A stretch of 64,000 nt of DNA from positions 5,417 to 69,416 of the forward strand of contig DQKS01000070.1 of NCBI GenBank assembly GCA_015660645.1. The letters run 5' to 3'. Below the pieces are notes generated by a model that worked only from the letters and a program-made list of their open reading frames with translations, was not told where the DNA came from and did not search any database. The stretch comes from Gammaproteobacteria bacterium. GTDB taxonomy: Bacteria; Pseudomonadota; Gammaproteobacteria; Magnimaribacterales; Magnimaribacteraceae. How positions within the stretch are numbered: position 1 is the stretch's first letter; each line of letters opens with the position of its first letter. Below are positions 60,118 to 64,000 of the stretch, in pieces. Position numbers and translations under genes: made by a program.

Positions 60118-61455
60118 TTATCCTTCTATTTTATATTTATTTTCTAGGTAGTTGATGTCCACTCCGCCGTTTATAAAATTTGGGTCTTTAATAAGTTTTC
60201 GATGCATATCTAAATTAGTATCTATGCCCGAGACGTACATTTCTTCTAGTGCTCTTTCCAGTCTTGCTCTAGCATCTTCTCTATCATTTGCTCTGCAAAT
60301 AACTTTAGCAATTAAAGAGTCATAGTAAGGAGGCACTATATAATCGTTATATAGGTGTGAATCAATTCTTACACCTATTCCACCAGGTGCATGATAATCA
60401 ATTACTTTTCCAGGTGAAGGAATAAAAGTTTCAGAATTTTCAGCATTGATTCTACACTCGATAGCATGGCCTTGTATAACAACATCTTGTTGTTTAATTT
60501 TTAATTCTTCTCCTCTAGCAATTCTTAGTTGGAGCTTGACAAGGTCTAGTCCGGTAACGCTCTCCGTTACTGGATGTTCTACTTGAATTCTTGTGTTCAT
60601 TTCAATGAAATAATAATTACCATTCTCATATAAGAATTCAAAAGTCCCAGCACTAACATAATTAAGTTTCTTGCAGGCTGCTATACATTTAGTAAATATA
60701 TCCTCTCTCTTATTCTCAGGAATATCAAAAGCAGGGGCTTCTTCAATAACTTTTTGATGTCTTCTTTGCATAGAACAGTCCCTGTCTCCAAGATGGAGCG
60801 TATTGCCATGCTTATCAGACAAAACTTGGACTTCAACATGTCTTGGAGTTAATAGAAATTTCTCCATATACACGGTAGAGTCACCAAAAGCAGTGCCTGC
60901 TTCTTGTTGGGTTAATGCAATAGAGCTCTCTAAATCCTGTTTTGAATTAACTCGTCGCATACCTCTACCACCCCCTCCTGATGCAGCTTTTATTATAAGA
61001 GGGTAGCCTATTTTATCTGCTTGCTTATGGGGGTCATTGGTAATAGCACCTTCAGATCCTGGTACTATCGGGAGTCCTGAGTCTAAAGCAAATTGCTTAG
61101 CAGAAACTTTATTTCCCATCATCCTAATCACAGAAGCTGGTGGTCCCACAAATTCAAATCCACTTTTCTCAACTTTTTCTGCAAAATCTGGATTTTCTGA
61201 TAAAAACCCATACCCGGGATGAACTCCATCGGAGCCTGACAACTCCATAGCACTTATTATTGCTGGAATATTCATATAGCTTAAAGCTGAATTAGCTGGA
61301 CCTATGCATATAGATTCATCTGCCATTTTTACATGCATTAGATCTTTATCTGCTTCTGAGTAAACTGCCACTGTTGGAATCTTAAGTTCTTTTGCTGCTC
61401 TTAAGATTCGTAAGGCTATTTCACCTCTGTTGGCGATTAGAAGTTTAGTAAGCAT
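60118..61455 (-). CDS. accC: Acetyl-CoA carboxylase biotin carboxylase subunit
   Basis: [20 protein letters not shown] start and ATP-grasp motifs. 445 aa. Confidence 0.95.
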   Translation of the reverse strand: MLTKLLIANRGEIALRILRAAKELKIPTVAVYSEADKDLMHVKMADESICIGPANSALSYMNIPAIISAMELSGSDGVHPGYGFLSENPDFAEKVEKSGFEFVGPPASVIRMMGNKVSAKQFALDSGLPIVPGSEGAITNDPHKQADKIGYPLIIKAASGGGGRGMRRVNSKQDLESSIALTQQEAGTAFGDSTVYMEKFLLTPRHVEVQVLSDKHGNTLHLGDRDCSMQRRHQKVIEEAPAFDIPENKREDIFTKCIAACKKLNYVSAGTFEFLYENGNYYFIEMNTRIQVEHPVTESVTGLDLVKLQLRIARGEELKIKQQDVVIQGHAIECRINAENSETFIPSPGKVIDYHAPGGIGVRIDSHLYNDYIVPPYYDSLIAKVICRANDREDARARLERALEEMYVSGIDTNLDMHRKLIKDPNFINGGVDINYLENKYKIEG

Positions 61456-61917
61456 TTATTTACTTATTTCGAAAAGGGTTTGTCCGTATTCTACAGGTTG
61501 TTCATTCTCAACATTAATGGATAACACTTTTCCTGAAAATTCAGATTTTATTTCATTCATCATTTTCATAGCTTCAACTATACAAACAACATCACCCTCA
61601 TTGACATGATCTCCTACCGATACAAAAGGCTTAGAGCCTGGGGAGGCGGAGCCATAAAACGTTCCTACCATAGGAGAGCTTATGAAATCTCCTAATCCTT
61701 CATCTTTAGATGGTTCTTGGGTTAATTCTTCTTGGTTACCAAGCCGAACATCCTCAACAATCTGACTAGAATCAGAGTAAATTGATTCATTGGGTACTGG
61801 ACTATAGGGCTTGTTCTTCACTAATCTAACTGATTCTTCTCCTTCTTGTATTTCAATCTCTTCAAGATTAGATTCTTCTAACATTTCAATTAACTTTTTT
61901 ACTTTTCTTATGTCCAT
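61456..61917 (-). CDS. accB: Acetyl-CoA carboxylase biotin carboxyl carrier protein
   Basis: Biotinylation motif EAMKMMNEI. Confidence 0.94.
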   Translation of the reverse strand: MDIRKVKKLIEMLEESNLEEIEIQEGEESVRLVKNKPYSPVPNESIYSDSSQIVEDVRLGNQEELTQEPSKDEGLGDFISSPMVGTFYGSASPGSKPFVSVGDHVNEGDVVCIVEAMKMMNEIKSEFSGKVLSINVENEQPVEYGQTLFEISK

Positions 61918-61929
61918 ATTTGTTCCTAA

Positions 61930-62367
61930 TTAACTAAATCTTTTTAAAGCAACTGAAAGAGCTAATTCATAACCCTCAGTTCCTAGTCCAGAGATTACAC
62001 CATCTGCAATATCCGACAAATACGATTTTTTCCTGAAATCTTCTCGACTATAAATGTTTGAAATATGAACTTCAATAAAGGGTATGTCTATGCCAGAAAG
62101 AGCATCGCGAAGTGCTATGCTGCTGTGAGTAAAAGCTCCAGGATTAAAAATAATACACTTTACTTTAGTGTCTTTTGCTTCATGAATCTTATTCACGAGA
62201 TCGTGTTCTGCGTTACTTTGGTATGACTCTAAAGAATGGTTCTCTTTGCTGCATATCTCAGATAGCTTATTTTCAATATCTATTAAGCTGATATTCCCGT
62301 AGATTTCAGGTTCTCTTGTTCCTAAAAGATTGAGGTTTGGTCCATTTAATAATAAAAAATTTGACAT
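61930..62367 (-). CDS. aroQ: Type II 3-dehydroquinate dehydratase
   Basis: [20 protein letters not shown] start. 145 aa. Confidence 0.93.
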   Translation of the reverse strand: MSNFLLLNGPNLNLLGTREPEIYGNISLIDIENKLSEICSKENHSLESYQSNAEHDLVNKIHEAKDTKVKCIIFNPGAFTHSSIALRDALSGIDIPFIEVHISNIYSREDFRKKSYLSDIADGVISGLGTEGYELALSVALKRFS

Positions 62368-62448
62368 GATAGTATCGAAAACAAGATTTTACAGGAAATT
62401 TAAAGGAAATGAGGGAATTTGCAATAAGAATTGAAACAAATTCTCAAA

Positions 62449-62952
62449 TTAATCAACAGAAATAGTTCTCTTAGATTTATTTAATATTAGCTGCTTTTTA
62501 ATAGGTGGATAACAAAAACCTGTCTCGTTACACCCTTGGTAAACAAGATCAATTATTGTATTATCATTAAAATCTGCAATCAAAAAATACCTTAAATTAT
62601 TATAATAGACTTCAACGTCCCCAAAGAACTCATCATCTTGTCTAATAGCAGTATTGGTTGTTTTAGAAGTAAATTTTTGTTTTGGAGAGACAGAAATTTT
62701 TAGTTTTTCTTTATATAGAAAACATTTCTTGTCAATTAACCAAGTTAGTTCTATCTCATCAAGGTCATTGAAAGTAGCTTTTAGTTGAAATGCCTGATCA
62801 GGACTTTTAATTTCATTAGAATCTTTTATGAGTGTATTCAGCGACGTATTAAGTGTATCTTCAACAGCACTTAGGACTGGATTGCTAAATAAAAAGATCA
62901 AAAGCAAGGGTATATGAAAGAAATTTCTAAAAAGTTTTGTAAAGGGCATCAT
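62449..62952 (-). CDS. Stand-alone periplasmic DsbD N-terminal (alpha) domain protein
   Basis: Signal peptide ending VLSA. YQGCNETGFCYPP matches the E. coli DsbD-alpha redox motif (QGCADAGFCYPP, C-x5-C). The ORF stops about 20 aa later. No TM or thioredoxin domains follow. Confidence 0.75.
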   Translation of the reverse strand: MMPFTKLFRNFFHIPLLLIFLFSNPVLSAVEDTLNTSLNTLIKDSNEIKSPDQAFQLKATFNDLDEIELTWLIDKKCFLYKEKLKISVSPKQKFTSKTTNTAIRQDDEFFGDVEVYYNNLRYFLIADFNDNTIIDLVYQGCNETGFCYPPIKKQLILNKSKRTISVD

Positions 62953-63363
62953 ATTATTTGCTTATTAATTTTTATAATTTCGTGTACTGCTGAAAAGGAT
63001 AATAATTTAGGGTTGATTATAGATGACGCGTATATTAATTTACCACTTAAAGGCCAAATGATATCTGTTGGCTATCTTAAACTATCTAATAATTCTAGTG
63101 AGACCAAGGTTGTGAATAAAATATTTTGCCAAGATTTGAACGCTTCTCTCCATACTAGCTACCTGAATTCAGAAGGCATGTTAACAATGAATCCTATTAA
63201 AGATATTTTAATAGAAAGAAATTCTGCAATTATCTTTCAACCAGGTTCCCATCATGTAATGATTTCAGGCTTAAAAAGTTCACTTGAATTAGGCAGTATC
63301 TTAGAATGCAATTTAATAATAGATAAAACTAAAGAATTGACTGTCGCTTTCACCTTGAAATAA
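62914..63363 (+). CDS. PCu(A)C-type periplasmic copper chaperone (DUF461), lipoprotein
   Basis: Lipobox-like FIISC. Metal motif H-x11-M-x21-H-x-M, seen as LHTSYLNSEGMLTM...GSHHVM. Confidence 0.72.
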   Translation: MKEISKKFCKGHHIICLLIFIISCTAEKDNNLGLIIDDAYINLPLKGQMISVGYLKLSNNSSETKVVNKIFCQDLNASLHTSYLNSEGMLTMNPIKDILIERNSAIIFQPGSHHVMISGLKSSLELGSILECNLIIDKTKELTVAFTLK

Positions 63364-63375
63364 AAATATAAGAGT

Positions 63376-64000
63376 ATGAGTAAAATTCTAGAAGTTAAAG
63401 ATTTATCAGTTGAATTTAAATCCAAAGAAAAAACATTTTCTGCAGTAAACAATATTTCTTTCGATATAAAAAAAGGGCAAACTTTGGCATTGGTGGGAGA
63501 ATCTGGGTCAGGAAAGTCAGTTACGGCCCTGTCTATATTGCAACTTTTGCCATACCCTGTTGCATCTCACAGTAAAGATTCATCTATAAAGCTTAATAAA
63601 ACAGAGTTATTAGGAGCTAAAAAATCTTTACTTACCAAGATTCGCGGTAGCTCTGTTTCAATGATATTTCAAGAGCCAATGACTTCTTTGAACCCCTATC
63701 AAACCGTAGGCGCGCAGATTGATGAGACCTTGATTGTTCATAAAAACCTTAATAAAAAAGAAGCTAGGATAAAAACCGTCTCTCTTTTAGAGCAAGTAAA
63801 AATACCTGATCCAGGTATTAAGGTCCGTTCTTACCCTCACGAACTATCTGGAGGGCAAAGGCAAAGAGTAATGATTGCGATGGCTTTAGCCAATGAGCCG
63901 GACTTGTTAATAGCAGACGAGCCAACAACTGCCCTTGATGTAACAGTAGAAAAGACGCTTTTAGACTTGTTATCTGAACTACAAGAAAAACTAGGCATGT
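63376..64000 (+). CDS. Peptide-type ABC transporter ATP-binding protein (DppD/YejF-like), 3' end cut by window edge
   Basis: My translation from the ATG at 63376 reads MSKILEVKDLSVEF...GESGSGKSVTA (Walker A)...LSGGQRQRV (signature)...LLIADEPTTALD (Walker B). Open to the window end. Confidence 0.85.
   Translation, partial: MSKILEVKDLSVEFKSKEKTFSAVNNISFDIKKGQTLALVGESGSGKSVTALSILQLLPYPVASHSKDSSIKLNKTELLGAKKSLLTKIRGSSVSMIFQEPMTSLNPYQTVGAQIDETLIVHKNLNKKEARIKTVSLLEQVKIPDPGIKVRSYPHELSGGQRQRVMIAMALANEPDLLIADEPTTALDVTVEKTLLDLLSELQEKLGM

Noticed and set aside
62449-62952. Reading the short DsbD-like gene as a pseudogene remnant
   Set aside because: The signal peptide, both redox cysteines and a clean stop at a natural domain boundary are intact. 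No frame-shifted beta- or gamma-domain remnants fit in the 81 bp before aroQ.

Overview
AT-rich, very gene-dense chromosomal segment from a Gram-negative bacterium, most likely a streamlined marine gammaproteobacterium. This rests on synteny: dsbD-position gene/aroQ/accB/accC, leuS-lptE-holA, proA-nadD-rsfS-rlmH-mrdA-rodA-mltB-dacA, and mutM next to coaD. A SAR86-like lineage is my guess only. I support about 64 CDSs, two of them truncated at the window edges, plus one riboswitch and one plausible bidirectional terminator. I saw no rRNA, tRNA, CRISPR array, transposase, integrase or phage genes. Housekeeping blocks (parE-parC, the cell-wall elongation cluster, leuS-lptE-holA, accBC-aroQ, katG, coaD, mutM, tolC) alternate with oxidative and acyl-CoA catabolism genes: 4 acyl-CoA dehydrogenases, 3 hotdog thioesterases, a family III CoA-transferase, a P450, a carotenoid-cleavage-type oxygenase, a 2OG oxygenase, an amidase and several alpha/beta hydrolases. 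Genes are packed tightly, with many 4-14 nt overlaps, including overlaps between the stop codons of convergent genes. No classical defence or mobile system is visible. The best candidate for something undescribed is a tightly coupled five-gene unit at 18229-22524: peroxiredoxin, P450, an orphan 363-aa protein, an APH-fold kinase and an orphan 151-aa protein, with no P450 redox partner. Other points worth a second look:
- a TPP riboswitch whose P1 stem covers the start codon of a TonB receptor + PnuC pair
- a stand-alone DsbD alpha domain at the syntenic dsbD position, overlapping head-to-head with a PCu(A)C copper chaperone gene
- a three-module, mostly degenerate QueD/PTPS protein
- a five-gene oxygenase/reductase/hydrolase operon
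- a 485-bp non-coding island upstream of parE.
All functional calls come from motifs and family resemblance read by eye. No database search was possible.
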